A stretch of 64,000 nucleotides of DNA from Balanoglossus misakiensis (GCA_040954595.2 JBECUI020000033.1:62001-126000), one strand, 5' to 3'; positions 46,837 through 58,271 are shown, counted from the stretch's first letter. Made by a program: numbers and translations. The notes: generated by a model from the letters alone, not told the origin.

Positions 46837-48617
46837 CTATAGGGAAGTTGTGGTCGTTCGTCCCGAGGCCAGCCACTTTTTGCGGGAAAGGATAGAGAGA
46901 TACAGTTCCCGACAGCCTTCTTCGTAGGATAGGCCGCACAGTGAAGCGATGATTCGGCTGCCGCGGTCAATCAGTTTGTAGTTGCTGGGATCCATCTGGA
47001 TCATCCAGTTTCCCCGGATACGCCCCAGAACCCCCATGGTCGCGGTACTCGTAGTATTAAAGATCAGTTTGATCAGGAGGTGGTGCCAGAGCCGGATGGG
47101 GCTGTCCGCCGGAATGACGGGTACCCTATAGACCTCCCGGAATCCCCGCTGCCTCATCAATACCGTCGGACATCGTATCGGACCCCCAGCAGAGTACGGC
47201 GGCCCCCGCTTCTTCATCTCGTCGACCACCTTTTGCTGCGCCGGATCAGAGAAGGGCGAGGCGGCCGACAGATATAGCCACCAGTTGGGAGCTACGGCCG
47301 GCCGGTCATCTCCCGGCATTCCGCCTATGCGATACCGGTGAATTTCGGTCAGTCCAAGTTCCGGAGGATCGGCAATCAATTCAGAGGGAGCCTGCATAAG
47401 CCGATAATCATCAGCCGACCAAGTGATTCCACGGGGAGGGCGACGCAGCATGGCGTGCCAAGCCTCTTGGTTGCCTCTCAGCCGGATCCAGGGCATAAGC
47501 CCAGGAAGGTTGATCCCGGCAATTGCCTTCCTCGCGGAAGGCGGCAACATGAACGTGGGGGTCCGTTCACTGGTATCGGAGAAGATATCCAGAAGGAAGT
47601 GCGGAGCCAGATAAGTAACGAGACCACCCTCTTGGTAGACTTCACTCTCACGCCGTACTAGGTCGGCCAGCACGTTCCGGCTTCTAGGCCGGCGCAGAGA
47701 AGACACCAAGGCGGCGAAAGTTTCGGCATTGCCCTGCCCCGCCACGGTTTCTTCATGCCCGGAAAGCCTGCCGAGCGCTTCCTCCAGCGCCGAACCTAGC
47801 ACCAGCATTTCCAGTGTCGTAGCCTGCATGGCGGGTGGACCCCGACAAGGCCATGGAGCCCGAGTAAAGGTCCAGTACCGTCACCCGTTTGTCTTCAATG
47901 GCCTCCCGGGACCTTTTGATCTTCCGGCACAGTATGTCAGCCGGATTGTTGAAAACCAGAAACAACCCGGCAATTCCGCCGTAACGCTTCCGACACGGTA
48001 CCCAGAACCGAAGAGGTTTCCCCCCTTCTGTTACCGCTACCAGCACATCCTCCGCGCCCAGATTCAGATCCGCTACCTGCCTGGCGCCGAAGGCCGCATA
48101 GTCTTCGAAATACTCCACCGCCCGGACCAAAGCCCGGTCTCCTCCGGTTATGATGCTGCAGGCCAAATCGGCTAATGCCAAATCCTTATTGTTATCCCTT
48201 TGTTTCCGGCCCGGACGCCCCGGGGGAGGCCCCACATTGATCCTCCCAGAACTGCCGCCACATCGCTTCCAGCATTACCGCTAACCGGCCTGTGCTACCG
48301 CATCCAGAGAAACAGAGGCGGTTCCCGCGGCGGGCCGCCGCCACTAGCGCATCTACCAATCGGCTATAAGGCTCGGTCTGGAATACCCGACGAGCCACAG
48401 GCGCCAGATCGCCATCGACCTCCAGCAACCAGACGGACGCCCTCTTCGGGATTCTCCCGGACCGTCTGCCCGAAATCAACGGTGACCGGGTGAGGCCGCT
48501 CGGTGGGCAGAAAGCCCAGCCGGAAAGCTCCCCCCTCCTTCAGGAACCGGCGGGCCAGGCGACGGGCTTCCTCTCTGAGCTCAAATCGTTTAAGTCTGTA
48601 GCGTAATCGTCTATCAT
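46837..48617 (-). CDS. Large SIS-domain sugar-phosphate isomerase/etherase (MurQ/GKRP-like), frameshifted, C-terminus possibly truncated
   Basis: LPTERPHP, FSGCGSTGRL, TGGDRAL, MALSGSTR, KLIFNTTSTATM, GNWM, NYKLIDRG. Confidence 0.75.
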
Positions 48618-48632
48618 TTCGTCCTGTTCTCG

Positions 48633-49682
48633 CTAAACTAATTCCCTAATCTGGAAACCGGGTAGGGGCAACAATCGCTGGTGCAGCAGGCGTTGAACCG
48701 CGGCGTGAACGGCCCCCGATGCAATCGACCAGACACCATCCGAGGGAATCTCAATTTCCAGACGGGTTTCCTGCACCGACATTCCCTCTTCGGCCTGTCG
48801 GTGCAGTTCCTGTATTTGCGGGATCAGAACATCGGTATATTGTTCCGTATCCCCCGCTAGGATAATATGCCGAATTCCCGCGGCACCCGATATCAGGGAC
48901 AGGGACCTGGCCAGATCCTCCCAAAACTGCTTTATGCCGCTGGAGGACCGCCCGGGTTGAAGTAGACGCGTTACGGAACGTCCAGGACGCAAATGCCCTC
49001 CAGAACCATGGCCAGACGACACCGATTTCCGTAGGACCGCGAATTTCCACCGCGCCAGGAGCAGATCCTTCAACTGCTTCCGGGCAGCTTCTCCAAGGCA
49101 CCGCATTGAGCGTCATTAAAAAGGTATACCGGTCGGTTCACAACGGAGCGCCAAAGAGGAAACCAGCCTAAGAGGTTTTCTGACACCCAGAGCCAGGGAC
49201 CATTCGATACCGTCACCGTTAACGAAGGCGCTCGCTCCAACGCCCACCGTCAAGAGTCCCTGTCGCCAAGATCCCGTTAAACTGATTCTGTCCTCCAGTC
49301 TGGAAATAGCCGATGGAAGCCCGTTGATAAGATCACCCTTCAGGCTTTCCAGGGGAAACTCATGCCGGATCAGGACTTCTCCTGAAAGATCAATGGCCAC
49401 CATTCGGCAAATCGGCGAGGTCAATTCCACCCCCAGAGCATAACCGAACCCCTTCCGGAATCGGAGCCGCAAAGGGGGGCGCCCTCCCCGGGATCCGGAA
49501 CTGTCGTCCACCTGCTGTTCCAAGACGCCCACATGGACCAGATCATCCGCCAGCAATCCCACGGTAGACCGGTCCAGGCGCAAATCCCGGGCCAGTTCCG
49601 GCCGGCTCCTACCTGGCCGGCGCCACAGTCTCTCCACGATACGGAGGCCGTTGTCATGCCTGCGCCGGTTAGGCGATCTCAT
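48633..49682 (-). CDS. ROK-family transcriptional regulator, frameshift near 49115
   Basis: N-terminal HTH SRPELARDLRLDRSTV, GGRPP linker, LGVEL, NDAQC. Confidence 0.82.
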
Positions 49683-50929
49683 ACGGAAGGCTCCGCCGAC
49701 CCATAGAGAAGATAGGGTGCCGATTCAATCCTCCAACGCTCCTCCTCTTCGGTAAGAACCGCATCCAGAGCAGCATAATCCGCCTTCGGATCCTCCACCC
49801 AGCGGCGGAAATCCTCGCCTCCGGTAATCACATCCACCGGAAGCCGATGCTGTTCGTACTCGTAGGGGGGCGGCGTCCAGAGGGGCCAAAAAGGGTGGGT
49901 TTCCCTAATGGCTTTCAAGAGACAGGCTATCAGCCGGTATGGATGGAAAAGTTCATCTTGGAAGAATGGCGGTTCCGCTACCAGTTCGTAGCCCCGGCAG
50001 GGCCGACCCTTATGCTTGTGAAAGGTCGGTTCAAAGACCACCGGTCGAAGCGCCGTTCCGGCGACCACATCGGGGGCACTGGCGGCTATCCAGGATTCCA
50101 GACAACCGAGTTCCAGGTCAGGATGTCCCAGCATAGACAGGGGCCGGGTGGTTCCCCGGGCTTCGGAAAGGCTTGTCCCCTCCAGGATGACGGTTCCCGG
50201 ATAGCAGCGGACGGTATACAAACCCGGCATATTGGGACTGGGCTGAATCCAGGGACGCCCCTGCGGCCAGGGTTCTTCGGGGTTCCATCCCTGCAGGGGA
50301 ACCACCTCCAGACGGGTATTCAGCCGCTTCGTAGCCCGGTACCAGAGGGCAAATTCTCCCAGAGTCAGGCCATGGCGCATGGGCAGCCGGGCAACACCGA
50401 CAAAACTCTCCTGCCCTGCCCTCAGCAGGTGCCCTTCAATCCCCCTCCCCAGAGGATTGGGCCGGTCCAGAACCCAGAGCTCCTTGTCAGGCCGTTCCGC
50501 CAAATCCTCCAGAAGATACCCCAAGGTGGTCAGAAAAGTGTATACCCGAACCCCCACATCCTGAACATCCACCAGAAGAACATCAAACGCCTCCAGCCAT
50601 TCCGGTTTGAGCCTACGGGTTTCCCCATAGAGGCTGTGGACCGGTACTCCCAGCTCCTCATGACGGAAGTCCTCGCTTTCCACCATGTTGTCCTGTTTGT
50701 CGCCAACAAAGCCGTGCTGAGGACCGAAAAGAACCGACAGGGTCGTTCCGGGAAGCTCCTGGAGGCAATCCCAGACCGGCCGGAGGGCATGATCCAGCGA
50801 CGCGGGATGAGCCAGCAGACCGATCCGACGTCCCTTCAGTCTAGCCCGGAGCGCCTTTCCTTTATGGGTCCCGAAGAGGAACTCGGAACCCAGAAGGATA
50901 TCCGCCGGCATGGTGACAGGTAGGTTCAT
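49679..50929 (-). CDS. namZ: Exo-beta-N-acetylmuramidase NamZ (DUF1343) family
   Basis: LFGPQHG, SLYG, DVQDVGVRVYTF, VLDRPNP, RHGLTLGE, PSPNMP, RGTTRP. Confidence 0.92.
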   Translation of the reverse strand: MNLPVTMPADILLGSEFLFGTHKGKALRARLKGRRIGLLAHPASLDHALRPVWDCLQELPGTTLSVLFGPQHGFVGDKQDNMVESEDFRHEELGVPVHSLYGETRRLKPEWLEAFDVLLVDVQDVGVRVYTFLTTLGYLLEDLAERPDKELWVLDRPNPLGRGIEGHLLRAGQESFVGVARLPMRHGLTLGEFALWYRATKRLNTRLEVVPLQGWNPEEPWPQGRPWIQPSPNMPGLYTVRCYPGTVILEGTSLSEARGTTRPLSMLGHPDLELGCLESWIAASAPDVVAGTALRPVVFEPTFHKHKGRPCRGYELVAEPPFFQDELFHPYRLIACLLKAIRETHPFWPLWTPPPYEYEQHRLPVDVITGGEDFRRWVEDPKADYAALDAVLTEEEERWRIESAPYLLYGSAEPSV

Positions 50930-50935
50930 CAGGCG

Positions 50936-51823
50936 TTATCCCTTGACGGCGCCCGCGGAAAGGCCCTTGACGATGTACTTCTGGAAAACCAGAACCATGA
51001 CCAGCGGTGGAATAATCGCCAGGATTGTCGCGGCGGACATCAGATCCCAATGAACAAAATACTGTCCTACGAACTCCGTAATGGTCACCGTCAGAGGCTT
51101 CGACTTCAGGGTATATGCCATCACCAAAGGTACTAAGAAAAAATTCCAGGAATGCAGAAAGGAAATAATGGAAACAGCAATGATCCCCGGTGAAACCACG
51201 TGGATGATAATCCGGTAGAGAGCCTGCAGGCGCGTACATCCATCCACCCGGGCGGCTTCCTCAATTTCACGTGGCACGGACCGGAAATATCCGGTCATGA
51301 ACCACATTTCAAAGGGAATACGGTAGGTGAACAACAACAGGATCAGACCTATACGCGTATCGAGGAGTTTCAGCCGGGACATCATCGGAAACAGCCCAAT
51401 AATGATAGGCCATCCCGGTAGTGTGATCAGGACCAGGATGAAGAAAAAGAACAGCCGGCGTCCCGGGAAACGGAGCCTGCCGAAAACATATCCCAGCAGG
51501 GGCGCAACACTCATGACCAGGAGGGTCGTACTCAGGGAGATGATCAGGGAATTGGCGAGACCCGCCCGGATCAGCCGGGCCGCGGCTTGTCCTTCTCCAC
51601 CCCGGAACCCCTCTCCCCGGACCAGTACGGTCCGATATGCGTTCAAGGTGGGTTCCTGGGGTATCCAGTGGGGAGGAACCGAATACAGCTCAAACCGGGA
51701 GGAAAGGGAGGAGATGAGAATCCAGAGAATCGGTCCGGTACTCCAGATCACCATGAACACGATCATGATGATCATAACCGGGCCTGTCCATGACTCGCGC
51801 CGGAGGGGCCATGACCGTCCCAT
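50936..51823 (-). CDS. Carbohydrate ABC transporter permease (MalG-like)
   Basis: EIEEAARVDGC EAA motif, multiple TM segments, GLSAGAVKG end. Confidence 0.95.
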   Translation of the reverse strand: MGRSWPLRRESWTGPVMIIMIVFMVIWSTGPILWILISSLSSRFELYSVPPHWIPQEPTLNAYRTVLVRGEGFRGGEGQAAARLIRAGLANSLIISLSTTLLVMSVAPLLGYVFGRLRFPGRRLFFFFILVLITLPGWPIIIGLFPMMSRLKLLDTRIGLILLLFTYRIPFEMWFMTGYFRSVPREIEEAARVDGCTRLQALYRIIIHVVSPGIIAVSIISFLHSWNFFLVPLVMAYTLKSKPLTVTITEFVGQYFVHWDLMSAATILAIIPPLVMVLVFQKYIVKGLSAGAVKG

Positions 51824-51824
51824 A

Positions 51825-52745
51825 TCAGACCTCCCCTTCCTTGAGGGAAAGCCTCATATACATCAGGGAGAACAGGAACAATACCAATCCTGTCAGGTAG
51901 GCCATAGCGGCTCCCCGGCCGAAGCGTCCCTGCACAAAGGTCACTTCATAGTTGTAGATCATGGGTGTACGGGTAATCTCCTGCGCCCCGGTCAGGGCAT
52001 AGATTTCGTCGAACACGTTGAAGGCGGTAATGGTCGTTAGCACCAGCGCAATGGCAGCGATGGTGGCTACCGAGGGAATGGTGATATGACGGAACCGCTG
52101 CACGATATGAGTGCCATCCACTTTAGCGCTTTCATACAATTCCCGGGGGATCGTCTGGAGAACCCCTAGAAAGAGGATGGTTACGAAGGGAAGGAAACGC
52201 CAGAGAAAAACCAGAACCGCCGCCCCCATGGCCGTAACGGACCGGGTCAGCCAAAACTGGTAACGGTCGATAATCCCGAGCTGAAGCAGAAGCCCGTTGA
52301 GAGCACCGAACTCACCGTTCAGAATCCACTTCCACATGTGCCCTGATACCACCGGAGGAATGGCCCAGGGAATAATCACTAGGGCCCTCAGGAAGGCCCG
52401 CCCACGGAACTTAGCGTTCAGAACCAAGGCAAAAGCCAGTCCCATGACCATAACCAGGACGATGGCCGCCAGAACGAAGAAGAACACACGGCCAAGGGCC
52501 GCATGGAAATCTGGATCCGTCAGAACCGTCAGAAAATTCCTCAGCCCTGTAAAACCAATGCGGCCGGGCTGCTTGATGTTGTACCTCATAAAAGCCAATC
52601 TTAACGAGGAAAGAGCCGGGACGTGGCCGAAGACGATGACAAGAGTCAAAATAGGAATCAGGATGACATAGGCCAGAGTCTTCTCCTTATCCAGAGCCCG
52701 GGAAATCCGGCCGCCGAGGCGGCGGCTGGAGAAGTCATTACTCAT
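51825..52745 (-). CDS. Carbohydrate ABC transporter permease (MalF-like)
   Basis: IPWAIPPVV, ELYESAKVDG, GRGAAMA. Confidence 0.95.
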   Translation of the reverse strand: MSNDFSSRRLGGRISRALDKEKTLAYVILIPILTLVIVFGHVPALSSLRLAFMRYNIKQPGRIGFTGLRNFLTVLTDPDFHAALGRVFFFVLAAIVLVMVMGLAFALVLNAKFRGRAFLRALVIIPWAIPPVVSGHMWKWILNGEFGALNGLLLQLGIIDRYQFWLTRSVTAMGAAVLVFLWRFLPFVTILFLGVLQTIPRELYESAKVDGTHIVQRFRHITIPSVATIAAIALVLTTITAFNVFDEIYALTGAQEITRTPMIYNYEVTFVQGRFGRGAAMAYLTGLVLFLFSLMYMRLSLKEGEV

Positions 52746-53964
52746 ATTCGGCTTTAAGCTCTCTAGCAAAGTTAGCCAGCTCGGTCAGGGCATCTCTCAC
52801 AGCCTGATCCCCACGGGCGGTCCGGAGCATAGCCTGCTCTGCCTCTTTTTCAAACTCAATAAACCAGGGCTGATCGTAGGGTAGGGCCGCTAGGTACTGA
52901 GCCTGCTGATCCATCACTTCGAAGCCGTCGATAGCCCCCTCTTGCCCCAGAGCCTTGAACACCTCCCTATTGGCCGGGAACAATCCGTTGGCATCGAAGA
53001 GGTGCCGCTGCATAGCCTCTTTCGTCAGGAACTCGGCCAGCATCATCGCGGCTTTCGGATAATCCGTATAAGCGCTTACCGTCAGTCCCGCCGGCAGCAA
53101 CCAGGTGTAATGATCGTCGGGGAGCAGCAGGTAATCAGCGTTGGGAGCCATCACTGACTGTTCCGGATTATTGGCAATCCCCAAGGAACCTTGCCATGCC
53201 TGATGGAAGGCGGCCTGCCCGGACCAGAAACTCGGATGTGGATTGGCCGAACTCAGCCGTTCAGGAGAGATTAATCCCTTTTCGAAGAAACGAATGATAC
53301 GGGCAAAAGCCTGATAGGACGGATCGTTAGGCTGATCGAACAGAGGTTCATGGTTCTTGTCGAACAGCGTGGATCCCGACGAAAGGGCTGTCAGATACCA
53401 CGTCCAGGGCCGGATTCCTGCAGCATAGGGATATTCATAGACACCCTGTTCCTTGAGATCTTCCAGAACCTGTTCGAAGTCGTCCCAGGTAACGATATCC
53501 GCAGGCATAACACCGACGGCATCCAGAGCGCTCTTGTCGTAATCAATCATCACCATCTGCTGATACAGGGGAATGGCCCATAAAGCCCCTCCCAGGGTAA
53601 ACTGGTCCAGCCCCGTCAGGCTTTCCAAGACATTACTGTTGACCAGTTTATCCAGCGGAGCTATGGCACCGGCACTCTGGAAGGCAGCATAAGTGTCGGC
53701 ACTGACGAATATGACATCCGCCGGATTGGTACGCCCCGCCGCAGCGGTAAGCACCCTGTCACGGGACGTGTCAAGGTCAACCGTGGCTACCTCTAGCTCA
53801 ATACCGGTCTCCTGCTGGAACAGAGCGACCACCTCGTCCGATGGCGCTCCCCAGGATGGTGTCAGATAGACGAGTTTCGCTGGAATCTCTTCCTCCCCTC
53901 CTCCAGCGGCGTAGACGGTAATAGCCATGCTCATAACGAACAGAACCATAAGCAACTTTTTCAT
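52738..53964 (-). CDS. Carbohydrate ABC transporter substrate-binding protein
   Basis: Signal peptide ending YAAGGGE, FQQETGIELE, AIAPLD. Confidence 0.9.
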   Translation of the reverse strand: MKKLLMVLFVMSMAITVYAAGGGEEEIPAKLVYLTPSWGAPSDEVVALFQQETGIELEVATVDLDTSRDRVLTAAAGRTNPADVIFVSADTYAAFQSAGAIAPLDKLVNSNVLESLTGLDQFTLGGALWAIPLYQQMVMIDYDKSALDAVGVMPADIVTWDDFEQVLEDLKEQGVYEYPYAAGIRPWTWYLTALSSGSTLFDKNHEPLFDQPNDPSYQAFARIIRFFEKGLISPERLSSANPHPSFWSGQAAFHQAWQGSLGIANNPEQSVMAPNADYLLLPDDHYTWLLPAGLTVSAYTDYPKAAMMLAEFLTKEAMQRHLFDANGLFPANREVFKALGQEGAIDGFEVMDQQAQYLAALPYDQPWFIEFEKEAEQAMLRTARGDQAVRDALTELANFARELKAEYE

Positions 53965-54003
53965 ATGGCCTCCTTAAGACCCAGCCCGAAATCCATCGGG
54001 ATC

Positions 54004-54058
54004 TTAGTTTGTTGAAAATCCTACAAACAAGGATACAGGATGATTATGCCGTTGTCAA
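54004..54058 (-). promoter_or_regulatory. sigma70 promoter with adjacent ROK/XylR-type operator
   Basis: TTGACA(54058-54053)-17 bp-TATCCT(54035-54030); dyad GTTTGT-N10-ACAAAC at 54007-54028 just downstream. Confidence 0.7.
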
Positions 54059-55051
54059 ACGTAAACATCATCAATTTTGCCGGCTCATCCGGCCGCCGCC
54101 AGGCTTGTATCATTCCGAAGCGTATTCTCCAGCTTGTCCGTATAGTCCCACAACGCCTGGGTGATTAGCTTGCCCCCAGGCATCCAGCCCGTCGCTCCGC
54201 CTGAAAGCTTCCAAGCGCTTCCCGAACTCACCGAAATCCGAAGCCTCCCCGGGGAAAACAGAACCCATCCGGCACAGCAGCTCCGCCAACGTTCCCATCC
54301 CTCACCGCCTAGTACCTCGGAAAGTTCCGCCCGATGAAACGGTACCGCATTCCGTACAGGCTCTCTCCGGGCTGTGTGACATCTGTTTGTGCTTGATGAT
54401 AGAAGAGTTTACTGGTCTAGGGGTTTTTCTGCATTTTTCCCGTGGAAATTTTCCTACCCTCTACTGATAAAAACCGCTTTTGGAAACTTATAGATTCCGC
54501 CTCATCCTCAAGCACAGCAAACGTCGGGCGGTTTTCTTTGATGAAACAATATTTTTTGCTGCTTCGTTGAGAATGGCTCATGAACTTCGAATATTTTCCG
54601 AACCGTTGCGTCATTTCTGAGCTTCCTCTTCAACTCGTAGAAACTTCTTCTGATCAGGAGTCCATGCCTCTGCGGCATTTCTCGGAAAAGTTCGTGATGT
54701 ACCCTTTATAATCTCATGCCGCCATTGCCCGCTCGTTCCGTTGGGAATCCCTCATAGGTTGCTTAACCCTATGCTCTGTCCTGCCTTGTTCCTCTGCAAG
54801 GGAAACTGTATTGCTCTTGTACTGGGCGTTATCACGACGCTTTTTAGAACCAACTTTCATGAAATCAATCTTAATAAACTCTTTTGATTTTCAAGACAAA
54901 GTCAGGTCTTGAACCGCATTGAGATTGAGTCCCCGTGGCTCTTCCCAAGATTTCAAGACTTTCTTGACTGAATACGATGTTTATAAGAATTTCTATTGTC
55001 ACTATACTTCAGTTTCGAATTGTCTATAGTGACCTGGAGGGCAAGAGTTGA

Positions 55052-55893
55052 AATGGATAAAACAAGGACGGATAAGAAGATTGTGCTTGTTACAGGTGCC
55101 TCAGCAGGATTGGGGAAGGATTTTGCCAGGGCTCTGGTCAAAGAAGGAATGCTTGTCTATGCCCTTGCGCGTCGTGTGGAACGGATGGACGATCTTAAGG
55201 AGCTGGGTGCCATTCCATTGAAGATGGATATTTCTAAGGAAGAAGATACCACAAGAGTTGTGGAAAGCATCATGAAAGCCCACGGTAGAATTGATGTTTT
55301 GATCAATAATGCTGGCTTTGGGCTGTATGGTTCTATCGAGGAAACCACACTGAAAGAGGCACGCTACCAATTTGAAGTAAACTTGTTTGGCTTGGCGCAC
55401 CTGACCCAGCTCCTTATTCCCCATATGCGTGAGAAAAGATCCGGTAAGATCATCAATATCTCTTCCATAGGTGGAAAAATTTATTCACCCTTAGGCGCTT
55501 GGTACTATAGCACAAAGCATGCGCTTGAAGGTTGGTCAGATTGTCTTCGTCTTGAGCTTGCTCCATTCAATATTGATGTGGTTATCATTGAACCTGGCCT
55601 TATTGATACGGAATTTGGTGAGATTTCTAACCCCGCCTTTTATGAGCGTTCCGGTCATGGGCCCATACGCTTCTATGGTGAATGCTTGCAAGAAAATGAG
55701 CGAGATCGATGTCAATCGTCCATCACCGAGCGTCATTACGAAACTGGTATTAAAAGCCCTGTATGCAAAAAAACCTAAGTCTCGTTATGTCGCTGGTAAA
55801 TTGGCAAAGATAATGCCGTTCATTCGTAAGTGGCTTGGAGATCATGCCTATGATGCAGTTATCAGGTATTTACTAAGAAGGTTCAATACATAG
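55052..55893 (+). CDS. Short-chain dehydrogenase/reductase, frameshift near 55660
   Basis: TGASAGLG, NNAG, YYSTK (YxxxK), IEPG. Confidence 0.92.
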
Positions 55894-55976
55894 AGAGTTC
55901 TTTTTCCATGGAACTTCTGCCATATCGGACCTGGGTCCCTCTGAGTCGGATTAGTGTTGTGTGAGATGGTAGTGCG

Positions 55977-56010
55977 TGCCTTAGCATCACTTTGGCATGA
56001 TGCTAAGGCA
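55977..56010. terminator. Perfect 13-bp-arm inverted repeat downstream of the SDR gene
   Basis: TGCCTTAGCATCA-N8-TGATGCTAAGGCA. Confidence 0.45.
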
Positions 56011-56397
56011 GATAATCCCCCAGCAAGTAGGGGTCGAACTCGTGCCCCTGCAATGACTGGTTTATGATTCGGCCTGGTGTAATCGATCGGTGCCCCATCA
56101 GAGGCCTTAACCGTTTGTCTGCCGTCGATTCACAGGGTACCCCTTGTTCCCCAACGAACCTGTATCTGCCAGGTAGAGGTTGACTTGCTGTATTCCTTGT
56201 CGATAAGACTCATGAGCTTGATGATTCTTCTGATTCCCATCACGGCATTCGCGGTGCCTGAGCCATGTGGTAGTTTTATCAATGCGTATTGACACCAGAG
56301 GCTGAGATTCGCACTCCTAAGTAACAGGCTGTATCCCTTTGAGACTCAGTATAGTCATACTCTCCAGGGCCCAGCGAAGCTCATGACATGGTAAAAA

Positions 56398-56482
56398 CGG
56401 AGGAGGTGGGATTCGAACCCACGGTAAGTTGCCCTACTCCGGTTTTCAAGACCGGCACCTTAAACCTCTCGGTCACCCCTCC
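56398..56482 (-). tRNA. tRNA-Ser(TGA)
   Basis: Anticodon arm CCGGT-CT TGA AA-ACCGG, long variable arm, GGTTCGAATCC. Confidence 0.96.
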
Positions 56483-56496
56483 AAATATCGCCATCT

Positions 56497-56525
56497 AGAC
56501 TAGCCATGTGCTTCCCCATTGTCAA
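56497..56525 (-). promoter_or_regulatory. Promoter of tRNA-Ser(TGA)
   Basis: TTGACA-17 bp-TAGTCT, 14 bp upstream of the tRNA. Confidence 0.65.
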
Positions 56526-57010
56526 GAAGTTCCCTGGAGGGTTTCTTCTTTTCTGACAGTTTGGGAGCGACTGTGTTCTTATCCTTACCTAGCATAGTGA
56601 AAGCGTAGGCAGTTTTTGTTCTCTATAAATTTCAAGATATCCTGTAGACTCCGATTTCTCAAAGTAGAAAGGTCTTTATGTGAAGGATTTACTGGATAAA
56701 GGTTCGGGTCTTGGAAGGAAGGGGGTGTAGGTTTCCAGGAAACGGCTGCCTTGTGTCCCTCTTATCTACAGTGGGGAGTAAATTTTTTTCTGCTAAGGGA
56801 AACGATAAGAAGAATCTACTTTTTGCAGATGATTGAAACAAGATTTAAGGAGGCAAGGACGACCTGGAAGAGCCGGCAGGCGTTCCGTCACCAAGAAATC
56901 CATAATCGAGACCCAAAAGGAGCAAGACAGGACATGAAGCTACACACAGCTTGAAGCTTCGCCTCCAAGCCTTATTCGTTGTCAGAGACCAGTCTGGATC
57001 GGAATTGATC

Positions 57011-57980
57011 TTAGGGTTGTTTCTTTGTCTTGTATGGCCCCCTCCCGTCATAAAACCGTCCCAACCATTTATCCCAGGGGATAATGCCTCCGCCGAAGTT
57101 GCAGGAGACCCAGCGATGATGTAGATAGTGGAAATAATCTCCCACTGGCCAGGTTCCGCCGTACAAGGGGCCATCAAAACCATCATGTCCGTTGGCTGGA
57201 GTCAGGGCTGTCAATTGAGAATTATAGAAGAAGTGGATTGGATGGGAGGGGATAACAAAGTGGATTAAGACGACACTCAGATACAGGAGATGCTCTATGG
57301 GGTGCATGGCCATTCCTGACCAGGGGGCAGGGTTGGGATTCTTGTGATGAACGGAGTGGATGGAGCGAAGCAGGGGTTTCCAGTGGAGCAGACGGTGCAC
57401 AAAGTAGAAATGGGTTTCTCGCCACAGGGGAATAAGAAGAAAAAGGGAACAAACCAAAGGGGATTGGAGGTCCAGGAAATCATAGGAACCCGGCCATTAG
57501 CAGCAGCCCAAACATAAAGTATCTCCCATGCCGTCCAGATTGGTGCTCCGAAGACGAGACTGCGGAACATGTTATCCTTTACTTGGTCATGAAACAAATA
57601 TTTCCCGGATTTTCTGGCCTGCCACTGGGGATGGTACTTACCCTTTGTTTTCTGAACCTTCCAGATATAGAGTGTCAGATGGTAAAAGCCGTAGATACAC
57701 AACATCAATAACAGGTTCCGAACAAGCATCAGCCCAACCCATGGGACAGAAAGCGTTTTGGTGACAGAAGTGTCAGCCTGAAGAAAAACCATGTAGCTCC
57801 GGCCAGGAGGGCATAGCTCAGGTGCCGAGGATAGAGATAACCTCCCCAGGCAAAAAGCCACTTAAGGACAGCATAGGGTTTCCATGGCCATTGAAAAAGA
57901 GGAGCGTATCCAGTGAATTGCAATGGGTGCCAGTTCCCTTTTTCATCATAAATCCCGTCATAACGGCGTTTTGTCTTCAT
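57011..57980 (-). CDS. Sterol desaturase/fatty-acid hydroxylase superfamily protein, two frameshifts
   Basis: His boxes HFYFVHRLLH, HSVHH, HPIE, HYLHH. Confidence 0.88.
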
Positions 57981-58044
57981 GGAATCTCCCCAGTTTTTCT
58001 CCAGTGTTAAAAAAATATTTTTTTAAACACTGAGATTACTTCCG

Positions 58045-58077
58045 TTAAGTATATTTTACATTGTAAAATATACTTAA
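58045..58077. promoter_or_regulatory. Perfect 33-bp palindrome (putative operator) between the divergent desaturase and ald genes
   Basis: TTAAGTATATTTTACA-T-TGTAAAATATACTTAA. Confidence 0.65.
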
Positions 58078-58271
58078 GACAATAAGAGTTTCCTTGTAAA
58101 AACAGACTGAGGTTTTCATTTACCTGTTCCTTCCTCAAGCTGTTTTCAATGGATCGGGTTCTTAAGAGGTCTATACTTAGGATTGATGCTAGCTCTCTAA
58201 GAACTTCTCCGTCTTAAAGATTCATAACTGGATTTTATCTAACCTTAAAATCCTATAACGATGGAGGTTTT

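Noticed and set aside
49847-50923. 358-aa + strand ORF
   Set aside because: Antisense shadow of the GC-rich namZ gene.
54110-54900. Short minus-strand ORF fragments between the ABC operon and the SDR gene
   Set aside because: Probably decayed gene or IS remnants, but no motif could be assigned.
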